From a virus (lineage: Duplodnaviria > Heunggongvirae > Uroviricota > Caudoviricetes), in the IMG/VR virus record IMGVR_UViG_2909246061_000004: 25,849 nucleotides of DNA; one strand, given 5' to 3'. Positions 1 to 8,156 of this stretch are shown piece after piece. Every line of letters begins with the position of its first letter. Position 1 is the first letter of the stretch. Position numbers and translations under genes: made by a program. The notes beneath the pieces were generated by a model that searched no databases, was not told where the DNA came from, and saw only the letters and a list, made by a program, of their open reading frames with translations.

Positions 1-92
1 TTTGTTTTACCTCATTACAGATTTAAGGGTGAACAAATCCCTGCCATTGCTGGCATATAAGAATGAAATCGGATGTTTATTACGGAACTGTT

Positions 93-284
93 TTAAAGAC
101 CTGCCGGGATTTCGTTATTATCCTGGTGAATAACTTTATCGACCGGGTAACAGTTACCGGGAATTTTCTGTTCGGTTGCTGCAGTCATACACTCCTGCAT
201 TGTCCTGTGAACACTGACTGCAATATCAACTGGCTCTCCGGAAACAAGAAAAACTGTCAGAACAAGCGCAAATGCTGAATTCAT
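93..284 (-). CDS. ydfD: YdfD-like small lysis protein (63 aa), last gene of the dicB operon
   Basis: Internal ATG of ORF 93..338 gives MNSAFALVLTVFLVSGEPVD... with an N-terminal hydrophobic segment; its start overlaps the dicB stop in an ATGA arrangement; position matches ydfD downstream of dicB in Qin (recalled from memory). Confidence 0.55.
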   Translation of the reverse strand: MNSAFALVLTVFLVSGEPVDIAVSVHRTMQECMTAATEQKIPGNCYPVDKVIHQDNNEIPAGL

Positions 285-469
285 TGTGCACATCCTTTTG
301 GCATCAGACGTAAACGAGCCAGCATTGAAACAATGCATATTTTATTTAATAGCTCCCGTTCTTGTTTTCTCTTGTTAATGGCATCTTCAGTAAATACAGG
401 GTTACTGATAGTGACACCAATTTCAAAACAACCTTCAGACGTATTAACGTTTGGTAATAACGTTTTCAT
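281..469 (-). CDS. dicB: DicB cell-division inhibitor (62 aa)
   Basis: Internal ATG at 469 of ORF 281..574 gives a 62-aa product MKTLLPNVNTSEGCFEIG...MPKGCAQ matching remembered DicB length and sequence; lies immediately downstream of the DicF sRNA. Confidence 0.75.
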   Translation of the reverse strand: MKTLLPNVNTSEGCFEIGVTISNPVFTEDAINKRKQERELLNKICIVSMLARLRLMPKGCAQ

Positions 470-640
470 TATCGCGTCCTCAACAATGAATTTTGTGATG
501 CAGTGCCTGGTGCCTCTAGGTGACGTTAACCAGTTAACAATTAACGCCGGATACAGAGAATCCACCCATAACACTGTTTTTGGTTTTAACTGTTCCGCGT
601 GCGCTTAGCCGCATTCACCGCATCACAAAATTCACTTTAA

Positions 641-696
641 AAACGGCGGCAGAGCAGTCACGGAGTAAAACTGATACCGCCAAACGTCACCAGAAA
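641..696 (-). ncRNA. dicF: DicF small regulatory RNA with 3' terminator U-tract
   Basis: Reverse complement of 645..696 reads TTTCTGGTGACGTTTGGCGGTATCAGTTTTACTCCGTGACTGCTCTGCCGCC, matching remembered DicF, followed by TTTTTAAAG on the minus strand. Confidence 0.8.
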
Positions 697-727
697 ATTG
701 ATAACAGAGGGCGTTGCAGCGGGGTTG

Positions 728-919
728 TCACTTAAGCGTATGGTCAACCTGACAACTCGGTGTCCTCAACGGGGAAGGAATAACCCCGCCATACTTACCG
801 CCGCGCCATTTCGCGGGTTGCCACAACCGGAAGCGCACGGTCGAATTAAATTTAACGACACCGTACAGTGAGACGAACTTCGCCGTGCGCTTTCGTGTTG
901 TGTGCCTGCTTTTAACCAC
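728..919 (-). CDS. Small basic protein in the ydfC position of the dicB operon
   Basis: ORF-track entry directly upstream of dicF on the same strand; positional inference only, and a second overlapping minus-strand ORF (766..951) cannot be excluded. Confidence 0.3.
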   Translation of the reverse strand: MVKSRHTTRKRTAKFVSLYGVVKFNSTVRFRLWQPAKWRGGKYGGVIPSPLRTPSCQVDHTLK

Positions 920-955
920 GTCAGGCGAGGTGGTATCCTTAAAATCACCACAGTT

Positions 956-1573
956 TTAAGGATTCATTAAGCAATGTCGCAACCACCAATAAATCCGCTT
1001 AAGAACATGAAAATTGATTGCTGGTATAAAGCGCTTACAGTTGTTGGCGCTGCGTTGTTTGTCTTTAATGGAACGTCTTTTTTTGACAGATATCCCGTTG
1101 TTCCATTGGGTTTTTTGTCCTCCGGCATCTTTTTTATTGGTTTGGGGGAGTGGATTAATCACCCTCTCAAAGTGAGATTTATTGGTCCTGGAGTTTGGAC
1201 TCGTGGATATAATCGTTCTTAGTGCGCACTCGGTATCATCTTCGACATACTTGGTTGTTTCCTGATTGTTACAGGAGTCGTCAAGTTCTTCTGATGTAAA
1301 ACCGCAAATGGGGCACGTAACGGGAATTTTGAAAAGCGTTTCTCCGGGTTCCAGAACAAAATTTTCTGCGGTCTGATTTTGCTTCTCATATTTGTGCTCC
1401 GCGTCATTGTGAGAGCACATTCTTATTCTGAGTGCCTGTTTAAACTCACTGAAGCTGAGAGCTTCTTCGCCTTCGGCAAGACCTTCGAAGTATTCTTCGT
1501 AAGCCTTTTCCATGATTGTGTCGAAATCCATATCACTCACCTGAGTTTCTTTCCAGCCAGCGACGGGCACCAT
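956..1573 (-). CDS. Hypothetical protein; N-terminal ~118 aa look protein-like with CPICG...C...C cysteines, C-terminal part is low complexity and may not be coding
   Basis: Open frame with no stop down to 956; start overlaps ydfA end; the downstream half overlaps a convergent plus-strand membrane-protein-like ORF (974..1222). Confidence 0.3.
   Translation of the reverse strand: MVPVAGWKETQVSDMDFDTIMEKAYEEYFEGLAEGEEALSFSEFKQALRIRMCSHNDAEHKYEKQNQTAENFVLEPGETLFKIPVTCPICGFTSEELDDSCNNQETTKYVEDDTECALRTIISTSPNSRTNKSHFERVINPLPQTNKKDAGGQKTQWNNGISVKKRRSIKDKQRSANNCKRFIPAINFHVLKRIYWWLRHCLMNP
974..1222 (+). CDS. Hypothetical small membrane protein (two hydrophobic helices); alternative reading of the same DNA as the 3' half of minus ORF 956..1573
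   Basis: ORF-track translation contains two clear hydrophobic stretches (ALTVVGAALFVF, FLSSGIFFIGLG); its stop at 1220..1222 coincides with where the minus-strand ORF stops looking protein-like. Confidence 0.25.
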   Translation: MSQPPINPLKNMKIDCWYKALTVVGAALFVFNGTSFFDRYPVVPLGFLSSGIFFIGLGEWINHPLKVRFIGPGVWTRGYNRS

Positions 1574-1688
1574 TTTCGGTTTTAAACGTTTTGCTTTTGG
1601 TATACGTCATCGCGGTGAACGTACCGTCCTGGTTGGGGAACACGCCACATACCGGAGATTCGCTGTTGCCAAGATCGATAGTATCCAT
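1533..1688 (-). CDS. ydfA: YdfA-like 51-aa protein, first gene of the dicB operon
   Basis: ATG at 1688 gives exactly 51 aa (MDTIDLGNSESPVCGVFPNQ...); sits immediately downstream of the repressor gene on the same strand, as ydfA follows dicA in Qin (recalled). Confidence 0.5.
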   Translation of the reverse strand: MDTIDLGNSESPVCGVFPNQDGTFTAMTYTKSKTFKTENGARRWLERNSGE

Positions 1689-1870
1689 GCTGACCTCATT
1701 TCCCCTTAACGCCGGGGTAGCGGAACAAAAACCTGCTGCATAGTTATTAAAGTTGAACCCTGCCGTCATGTTCTTACGCCTCGGGCTGGCTACTTAACCC
1801 CTGACCACTGCCTGGTAACTCGAAGTATTGCCCTGCATTCTGTGGGGCGGGGTGGGTGGCAGGCATATAA

Positions 1871-1909
1871 TGTACTTTGCGTTCATTGTTGTAAAGTACT
1901 TTTAGTACA
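1871..1909. promoter_or_regulatory. Operator-like palindrome GTACTTT-N14-AAAGTAC plus an extra AGTACA, between the repressor stop and the dicB-operon start
   Basis: Inverted repeat seen directly; the same TGTACT hexamer recurs in the repressor-cro intergenic region. Confidence 0.3.
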
Positions 1910-1985
1910 TTTTGTGTGTAAAAAAATGAGATGGGATAAAGTGAAGCACAAACCCGGAGGAAGGCGCTACCGGATTTATGCTGGT

Positions 1986-2405
1986 TTAAGAGGCTTTTTG
2001 TTTTTTCTTTCGTGCTAACTCTTCGTAAATTGCATTGTACTTCTGTTTTTTCTCTTCAAGAGTTTTTAAAAGTTCATCTGTCTCACTGTCAGGGAGCTCG
2101 TCCAGAAGGTCAATGATGATTTTTTGTCTTGGATTTAACTCCTGATAGAAACGTACCTGTCCACTTTCTTCTGTATCCTCTCCCAAAAGATAGGTTGGTG
2201 TTGTTCCTATTAGTGTTGCTAATTCCCTTAATTTCTCCCGGCGAGGAATTGTTTCGCCATTAAACCATTTGCTAACCGCTTTTGGTGTTAATTTCATTCG
2301 ACGGGCAATTTCTGCCTGCCTTCCATGTTGTTCATAACCAGCGTTTTCACAGGCTAGCGCAAGCCTACTGGCGAACTCTTTACGCGCTTTATCTTCATGA
2401 ACCAT
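1986..2405 (-). CDS. Prophage repressor, DicA-like HTH (XRE-family) protein
   Basis: ATG at 2405; N-terminal HTH-like segment (QAEIARRMKLTPKAVSKWFNGETIP) and acidic/coiled C-terminus; divergent from a Cro-like gene. Confidence 0.7.
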   Translation of the reverse strand: MVHEDKARKEFASRLALACENAGYEQHGRQAEIARRMKLTPKAVSKWFNGETIPRREKLRELATLIGTTPTYLLGEDTEESGQVRFYQELNPRQKIIIDLLDELPDSETDELLKTLEEKKQKYNAIYEELARKKKQKAS

Positions 2406-2408
2406 AAG

Positions 2409-2460
2409 TTCAATGATATTCGCTCTTGAATGTACTGTCAGTTCTGTTATAGCATGTACT
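2409..2460. promoter_or_regulatory. Divergent promoter/operator region between repressor and cro-like gene: TTCAA-N12-TTGAA and two TGTACT hexamers
   Basis: Repeats seen directly in the 79-bp intergenic spacer between divergent immunity genes. Confidence 0.3.
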
Positions 2461-2484
2461 CAAAGTTCACATTGTGAGGGTGAT

Positions 2485-2739
2485 ATGAACCAGAAAACAC
2501 TTGAAGATGTAATCAAAACCGTTCGCGTTGCTGTTGTGGCCGACGTTTGTGGTGTCAGCCAAAGAGCAATCTATAAATGGATGGATAACGGAAAATTGCC
2601 TCGCACAGAATATACCGGCGAAACAAATTACGCTGAAAAAATCGCTCTTGCATCAAACGGATTATTTTCTGCCGATGCAATTTTAACTATTGGCAGGAAT
2701 AAAACTACTACGAAAAAGCTGATGGGAGTTGATTCATGA
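2485..2739 (+). CDS. Cro/DicC/YdaS-like small DNA-binding regulator
   Basis: ATG at 2485 preceded by GAGGG; motif CGVSQRAIYKWM typical of YdaS/Cro-like prophage regulators; divergent from repressor. Confidence 0.6.
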   Translation: MNQKTLEDVIKTVRVAVVADVCGVSQRAIYKWMDNGKLPRTEYTGETNYAEKIALASNGLFSADAILTIGRNKTTTKKLMGVDS

Positions 2740-3161
2740 AAATCAAGCATGAACACATCCGCATGGCGATGAATGCCTGGGCGCATCCGGACGGCGAAAA
2801 AGTACCGGCTGCGAAAATTACCAAAGCGTATTTCGAGCTGGGAATGACGTTCCCGGAACTGTATGACGACAGCCATCCGGAAGCCCTGGCTCGCAATACT
2901 CAGAAAATTTTCCGCTGGGTGGAGAAAGACACCCCTGATGCGGTTAAAAAAATTCAGGCGTTGTTACCAGCTATCGAAAAAGCAATGCCACCTCTGCTGG
3001 TGGCCCGAATGCGCAGTCATAGCTCAGCCTATTTTCGGGAACTAGTGGAGACGCGGGAACGACTGGTGAGAGACGCTGATGATTTTGTCGCAGTGGCGAT
3101 CGCTGGTTTCAACCAGATGAATCGTGGTGGCCCTGCAGGAAATATTGTGGCTGTGCATTGA
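2736..3161 (+). CDS. YdaT-like protein (CII-position gene)
   Basis: ATG at 2736 with GGGAG RBS; begins MKIKHEHI and ends ...VAVH as remembered for Rac YdaT-family proteins (memory only). Confidence 0.4.
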   Translation: MKIKHEHIRMAMNAWAHPDGEKVPAAKITKAYFELGMTFPELYDDSHPEALARNTQKIFRWVEKDTPDAVKKIQALLPAIEKAMPPLLVARMRSHSSAYFRELVETRERLVRDADDFVAVAIAGFNQMNRGGPAGNIVAVH

Positions 3162-3232
3162 CTCGCAATATTCATACCGGATCACTTCCGGCAATTTGTG
3201 AGTAAAAAGATTCGGTATCAAAAGAGGTGAGT

Positions 3233-4303
3233 ATGGCTAACGCCTGGCTCAGATTATGGCATGACATGCCAAATGACCCTAAGTGGCGAACAATTGCCAG
3301 GGTGTCAGGGCAGCCAATTGCAACAGTGATGGCAGTGTATATCCACCTCTTGGTGAGCGCGTCACGAAATGTCACGCGAGGTCACATTGATGTCACGACA
3401 GAAGATTTGGCAAGTGCGCTCGACGTGACAGAAGAGGTAATTGATTCAATTTTGCAGACGATGCAGGGGCGGGTACTTGATAGTGATTTAATCACTGGAT
3501 GGGAAAAACGCCAGGTGCTTAAAGAGGACAACGGCAATATTTCGCAAACCGCAAAATCTCCTGCAGAGCGCAAGAGGGCGCAGCGAGAGAGGGAAAGAAA
3601 GCGGGAACAAAATGGCGATTGTCACGGCGCGTCACGAAATGTCACGCACATGTCACGACGAGTCACGACAGATAAAGATACAGATAAAGATACAGATCAA
3701 GAAGATCAAAACACTATGGTCCATGGCGTAAAAAACGCCACGAACCAGGCAGGGGATGTTCAGACCGTCAATCTTGGTCAGCCAGCAGGCACGACACCGG
3801 AAGCCGATTCAGCGTATGCGCTGAAAGCCGATTCGGGCGCTGTGCAGCAGGTGATGACCGCAAGGCCGGAGCAATCACACCAACTGCAGCAGCCCGAAGC
3901 CGATTCCGCCATTCAGCGGGAAGCCTATCCGGTAGTCCCGGAAAACACCGGGCAGTCTGTGGGACGAGTGGATTATCCGGATGTGTTCGAACAGGTCTGG
4001 CGGGAGTACCCGTTGCGTGCCGGAGCAAACCCGAAGAAATCCGCTTTCAGTGCCTGGAAGGCCAGATTACGCGAGGGGGTGCCACCAGAGGCCATGCTGG
4101 ATGGCGTGAGGCGTTACGCAAGATACTTGGCGGCTACCGGGAAAACGGGAACGGAATTTGTTCAGCGAGCGACGACGTTTTTTGGACCGGACCGGAATTT
4201 TGAGAACCCCTGGTTGCTCCCGGTAAGCGGCACGAACAACCAGCGTTGTGTGAATCATATTTCTGAACCGGATAACGAAATTCCGCCGGGCTTCAGGGGG
4301 TAA
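3233..4303 (+). CDS. Phage replication initiation protein (O-like) with iterons inside its coding sequence
   Basis: ATG at 3233 with AGAGGTG RBS; N-terminus MANAWLRLWHDMPNDPKWRTIARVSG typical of prophage replication proteins; phased GTCACG repeats inside the gene. Confidence 0.55.
   Translation: MANAWLRLWHDMPNDPKWRTIARVSGQPIATVMAVYIHLLVSASRNVTRGHIDVTTEDLASALDVTEEVIDSILQTMQGRVLDSDLITGWEKRQVLKEDNGNISQTAKSPAERKRAQRERERKREQNGDCHGASRNVTHMSRRVTTDKDTDKDTDQEDQNTMVHGVKNATNQAGDVQTVNLGQPAGTTPEADSAYALKADSGAVQQVMTARPEQSHQLQQPEADSAIQREAYPVVPENTGQSVGRVDYPDVFEQVWREYPLRAGANPKKSAFSAWKARLREGVPPEAMLDGVRRYARYLAATGKTGTEFVQRATTFFGPDRNFENPWLLPVSGTNNQRCVNHISEPDNEIPPGFRG
3361..3397 (+). repeat. Iteron cluster 1: four GTCAC(G/A) copies at ~10-bp spacing
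   Basis: GTCACGAAATGTCACGCGAGGTCACATTGATGTCACG read directly. Confidence 0.5.
3621..3666 (+). repeat. Iteron cluster 2: five GTCACG copies at exact 10-bp spacing, followed by a GATAAAGATACA tandem duplication
   Basis: GTCACGGCGCGTCACGAAATGTCACGCACATGTCACGACGAGTCACG read directly. Confidence 0.55.
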
Positions 4304-4343
4304 GTATTAATTTCTGGTCATGAGGTAATTTTCAGGAGGGCTT

Positions 4344-4766
4344 GTGGCAAAAGTTTTTACACAAGAAGAGCGGGAAAAAATTAAAGGGCAGGTTGTTGAA
4401 CTCGTACGCCAGAGTGGGCGCGAGACGTTACGACAACTGGAAACTAAAACTGGGGCAACAAGATATCTGATGAGCGTTCTGGCCAGAGAGCTGGTTGCCA
4501 GTGGCGATGTATACAACTCTGGTTACGGGTTATTCCCGTCTGAACAGGCGCGTAAGGACTGGCAAAATGCCCGTAAAAAGCTCTCAAGGGCAAAGCTGAA
4601 GAAACCATCTGCGGTTGATCCGGACCTTATCTGGTCATTACCTGATGGAGAAATACGTCGTTACGACAGGCGTCATAATATGATTTGTACTGAGTGTCGT
4701 AAAAGCGAAGTTATGCAGCGCATATTGTCGTTTTATCAGGGGGATGTTCGGTATTTATTGAAGTGA
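4344..4766 (+). CDS. Hypothetical protein (140 aa), GTG start
   Basis: GTG at 4344 with AGGAGG 5 nt upstream; no family recognised. Confidence 0.45.
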   Translation: MAKVFTQEEREKIKGQVVELVRQSGRETLRQLETKTGATRYLMSVLARELVASGDVYNSGYGLFPSEQARKDWQNARKKLSRAKLKKPSAVDPDLIWSLPDGEIRRYDRRHNMICTECRKSEVMQRILSFYQGDVRYLLK

Positions 4767-6050
4767 CGAGATTAAAGTGCATTAGTTCAGATGCAAATTG
4801 ACATTTTGTGGCACAGGGTAGAGCTAGCGTGGTTGTCCGCTTTGTGCCAACAGCGGACATTATGGAAGGTCAGAGTTAAAGATTAAAATGGGATGCTGTG
4901 TGTTTTCTCCAGGTTTTGCTCTATACCTTTCGGGATACTCCACCGACAGAATACGAAAATCAACATTATCAACGGCTCGAAGTGTCTAGATTATCCATGG
5001 CAATTCATGGGAAATCCCATCCAACGGCTTATGCTTCATGTTGCTTTTTGAGATCGCTTCTAGCATAGCTCCACTCAATAATGTTGTCGGGTCGTTGCTG
5101 ATCGAAAAGGATACGGGATTCAATACCATTACCTAAAAAGCTGGTATTCCCATCTACGTAAGAAGCTATCCCTTGTGAACCAACACGAAGAATATTTTCT
5201 AATGGCTGTTTTGTTCTTGCTGCATCGCTAAGGAGATATAAACCCGGGTACGTTTTGTTAGCACGGTGAAAAAAAAGTTCATTGTCAAAACACATGACGA
5301 TGATTATTTGTCCCGACATGAGATCGGAGAGCATTTCAGTTGGCAGATGCAAACTCATAAATGGTCGAGACAAAGGGTCAAAGAATGAATCATTTATATT
5401 CACAACAGGGCTTTTTATACCGAGACTATCCATCCATCCATTGAAGGCAACAAAGCCCATTTCAGAATCACGGTACATACCTAAGAACAAACATTCATCA
5501 ATAGTATCAATTGCCCAATTTTTTCCTCCGCGAATAATCTCCCACATTTTAACTAAGCGGTGGGTATAAAATTCAGACGGATGATCTATCTCATTGATTT
5601 TAACTTTAGACTGATGAAAGTTGTCAAAGCCCTCGCCAGTATTAATCGCCTCCAGAACATTCATGCCACGAATGATTTGCCTTTTTATGCGATTAAATTG
5701 CTTAACATCATTATCAGGCATATTGTTAATGAAGTTTTCTTCAAAGTGCGGACATTCTGAGATAACAGAAAATTCAGCAGCTTCATAAAGCTCATTATTC
5801 TTTTCACCTGTTTTAACTTCCACGAGCTGGAAGCCATCCAGTAGATTAAAGGTGACTAAATCTCCCACATGAACAAATGTGCTCATGTCAGAGACAATCG
5901 CTACGGAGTGTTTGTCCTGGTTGATAAGATCGGCTGCGACCATAGAATCAATTATGTTATCTTCTGATAGATTGTCATTGCTTGCATTAATAGGTAAACG
6001 CCGCAAACTAGAGTGTTCTTCATCAAGAATGCTCCAAATTATTGAGTCAA

Positions 6051-6059
6051 TACAACGGC
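6051..6059. repeat. IS1 target-site duplication, left copy (TACAACGGC)
   Basis: Identical 9-mer at 6828..6836 directly flanking the other IS1 end. Confidence 0.85.
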
Positions 6060-6074
6060 GGTAATGACTCCAAC

Positions 6075-6578
6075 TTATTGATAGTGTTTTATGTTCAGAT
6101 AATGCCCGATGACTTTGTCATGCAGCTCCACCGATTTTGAGAACGACAGCGACTTCCGTCCCAGCCGTGCCAGGTGCTGCCTCAGATTCAGGTTATGCCG
6201 CTCAATTCGCTGCGTATATCGCTTGCTGATTACGTGCAGCTTTCCCTTCAGGCGGGATTCATACAGCGGCCAGCCATCCGTCATCCATATCACCACGTCA
6301 AAGGGTGACAGCAGGCTCATAAGACGCCCCAGCGTCGCCATAGTGCGTTCACCGAATACGTGCGCAACAACCGTCTTCCGGAGCCTGTCATACGCGTAAA
6401 ACAGCCAGCGCTGGCGCGATTTAGCCCCGACATAGCCCCACTGTTCGTCCATTTCCGCGCAGACGATGACGTCACTGCCCGGCTGTATGCGCGAGGTTAC
6501 CGACTGCGGCCTGAGTTTTTTAAATGGCGGAAAATCGTGTTGAGGCCAACGCCCATAATGCGGGCGGTTGCCCGGCAT
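6075..6578 (-). CDS. insB: IS1 InsB (transposase C-terminal frame)
   Basis: 167-aa ORF matching remembered IS1 InsB. Confidence 0.9.
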   Translation of the reverse strand: MPGNRPHYGRWPQHDFPPFKKLRPQSVTSRIQPGSDVIVCAEMDEQWGYVGAKSRQRWLFYAYDRLRKTVVAHVFGERTMATLGRLMSLLSPFDVVIWMTDGWPLYESRLKGKLHVISKRYTQRIERHNLNLRQHLARLGRKSLSFSKSVELHDKVIGHYLNIKHYQ

Positions 6579-6772
6579 CCAACGCCATTCATGGCCATAT
6601 CAATGATTTTCTGGTGCGTACCGGGTTGAGAAGCGGTGTAAGTGAACTGCAGTTGCCATGTTTTACGGCAGTGAGAGCAGAGATAGCGCTGATGTCCGGC
6701 AGTGCTTTTGCCGTTACGCACCACCCCGTCAGTAGCTGAACAGGAGGGACAGCTGATAGAAACAGAAGCCAC
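6497..6772 (-). CDS. insA: IS1 InsA
   Basis: 91-aa [43 protein letters not shown]... matching remembered IS1 InsA. Confidence 0.9.
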   Translation of the reverse strand: MASVSISCPSCSATDGVVRNGKSTAGHQRYLCSHCRKTWQLQFTYTASQPGTHQKIIDMAMNGVGCRATARIMGVGLNTIFRHLKNSGRSR

Positions 6773-6827
6773 TGGAGCACCTCAAAAACACCATCATACA
6801 CTAAATCAGTAAGTTGGCAGCATCACC

Positions 6828-6836
6828 TACAACGGC
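6828..6836. repeat. IS1 target-site duplication, right copy (TACAACGGC)
   Basis: Identical to 6051..6059. Confidence 0.85.
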
Positions 6837-7286
6837 GAAGAATAAGAATTTCAAATTTTTTTAAACTTATTTCATCAATACACTTTTCTTTATTTTCTTT
6901 ATCCTTGTTTCGATGGTGCTCTTTTTTTTCAGTTTTCAATCTTTTTATATCTCTCAGCCGAATAATAATCTCAAAAGATATGATTTTTTGTGAGTCTTTC
7001 CAATTTTTGAGACAGGTTTCATACTCTGCAAGAAAATCCTCATCATTGGAAGGTAGTTCTTGAATTGGATTCCCTCCCCTTATCATTTTGGCAAGTGCAT
7101 GCATTAAAGATACATAATGAGGTGATAAAATTGTCCAAAACTTCCTAAACGGTTTGTACTTTTCAAGAAAAGTTGACTCATCAGTATAATTCATCATAAC
7201 CAAACCTCATTCCTCTTATCTATTTTCCTCAAGGTATAAAATACCAGCCTTTTTTACATAATTATAGTTATAATATGAAGTCTCAT

Positions 7287-8156
7287 TCAGATATCTTCAT
7301 ACTGTACGTAAGAAATATTTGAGCCTCTGATACCATAATCTTCTAAACTGCCTGATTTTTTCTCACCTCTATATAAAGCAACTATCCATCGAGCATTTTC
7401 TTGGATGCTTTTATTTATTTCAGTAAAGTATTCACCGTCAACTTCGGCGAGCGAGTGGCCTAAAACGATGACCTCGTCCACATTTTTAAGCGATGAGAAA
7501 AAAACGTTTTCTTCTTTAATTATGTCTTCGCTGGGCTTGAATGTATTACCGAAGTATTCGTTTATTCTGTCGTATGCCTCTGCTATTCTTGTATCTTGAT
7601 CCGGTCCTATATATGGATTTAGTGACTTTTCCACCCTAAAACTATGACCAAGTATGAGATCGTCATCGTAACTACAATTGCCGTGAATATGTATGATTTG
7701 CTCGTCTGGAACGGCATAGATCTGCTGCAAGGTATTTGTATAATTAAATGAAAAATAGATGCTTTCTCTTGGTATGGGCGGGATGTATTGCTTAGGATTG
7801 TAAGCATCGGCTATGTTAATCCCTTTAACCCAATCAGCGAATTGCTCCTTCAAACGAGCTGACAGCATTTGTGTGATTTTATTTACTTCATATTGGTAAT
7901 CGTGATGATAAGCATCGCTCCAATCATCGGTATTGTATGAAGCCAAAAATATCTCACTGTTTTGAAGGATAAGCTCATAATCAATTTCACCTAAAGCATT
8001 TTCTAACTCATTCCACTCGTCCCCAGCAGGAATGTATTCTTCTATCGCGTCATATAGATCTTGGTCATTTTTTTCTACATACGACTTAAAGTGCTTGTAT
8101 CCTGTTGGTAAGCCATGACGCATGTCAAATCCATTTCCTATTATGTAAAGCCTCAT
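7287..8156 (-). CDS. AbiH-like abortive-infection protein (290 aa)
   Basis: Start at the ATG at 8156 with AAGGGA RBS 8 nt upstream; N-terminus MRLYIIGNGFDMRHGLPTGY carries the IGNGFD-x-HGL motif remembered for the AbiH family; AT-rich gene inside a prophage. Confidence 0.5.
   Translation of the reverse strand: MRLYIIGNGFDMRHGLPTGYKHFKSYVEKNDQDLYDAIEEYIPAGDEWNELENALGEIDYELILQNSEIFLASYNTDDWSDAYHHDYQYEVNKITQMLSARLKEQFADWVKGINIADAYNPKQYIPPIPRESIYFSFNYTNTLQQIYAVPDEQIIHIHGNCSYDDDLILGHSFRVEKSLNPYIGPDQDTRIAEAYDRINEYFGNTFKPSEDIIKEENVFFSSLKNVDEVIVLGHSLAEVDGEYFTEINKSIQENARWIVALYRGEKKSGSLEDYGIRGSNISYVQYEDI

Larger units (their letters stand above)
6060..6827 (-). mobile_element. IS1 insertion sequence (768 bp), complete
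   Basis: Ends read GGTAATGACTCCAACTTATTGATAGTGTTT ... CAGTAAGTTGGCAGCATCACC (IS1 terminal inverted repeats); contains insA and insB ORFs. Confidence 0.95.
5029..7197 (-). pseudogene. Unknown gene of ~465 codons split by IS1 (N-terminal 125 codons at 6829..7197; C-terminal part 5029..6050)
   Basis: Removing IS1 (6060..6827) and one copy of the 9-bp duplication joins ORF 6823..7203 and ORF 5029..6006 in the same frame with no stop codon (...ILILRRCR-IDSIIWSILDEEHSSL-RRLPINASNDN...). The natural start is probably the ATG at 7197 with a GAGG upstream. Confidence 0.7.

Noticed and set aside
63-608. Plus-strand ORFs 63..278 and 333..608
   Set aside because: Antisense to the well-supported ydfD and dicB genes; no RBS and no protein-like features.
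6109-6739. Plus-strand ORFs inside IS1 (6109..6399, 6360..6629, 6524..6739)
   Set aside because: Antisense to IS1 insA/insB; IS1 is known to encode only InsA and InsAB' on the other strand.
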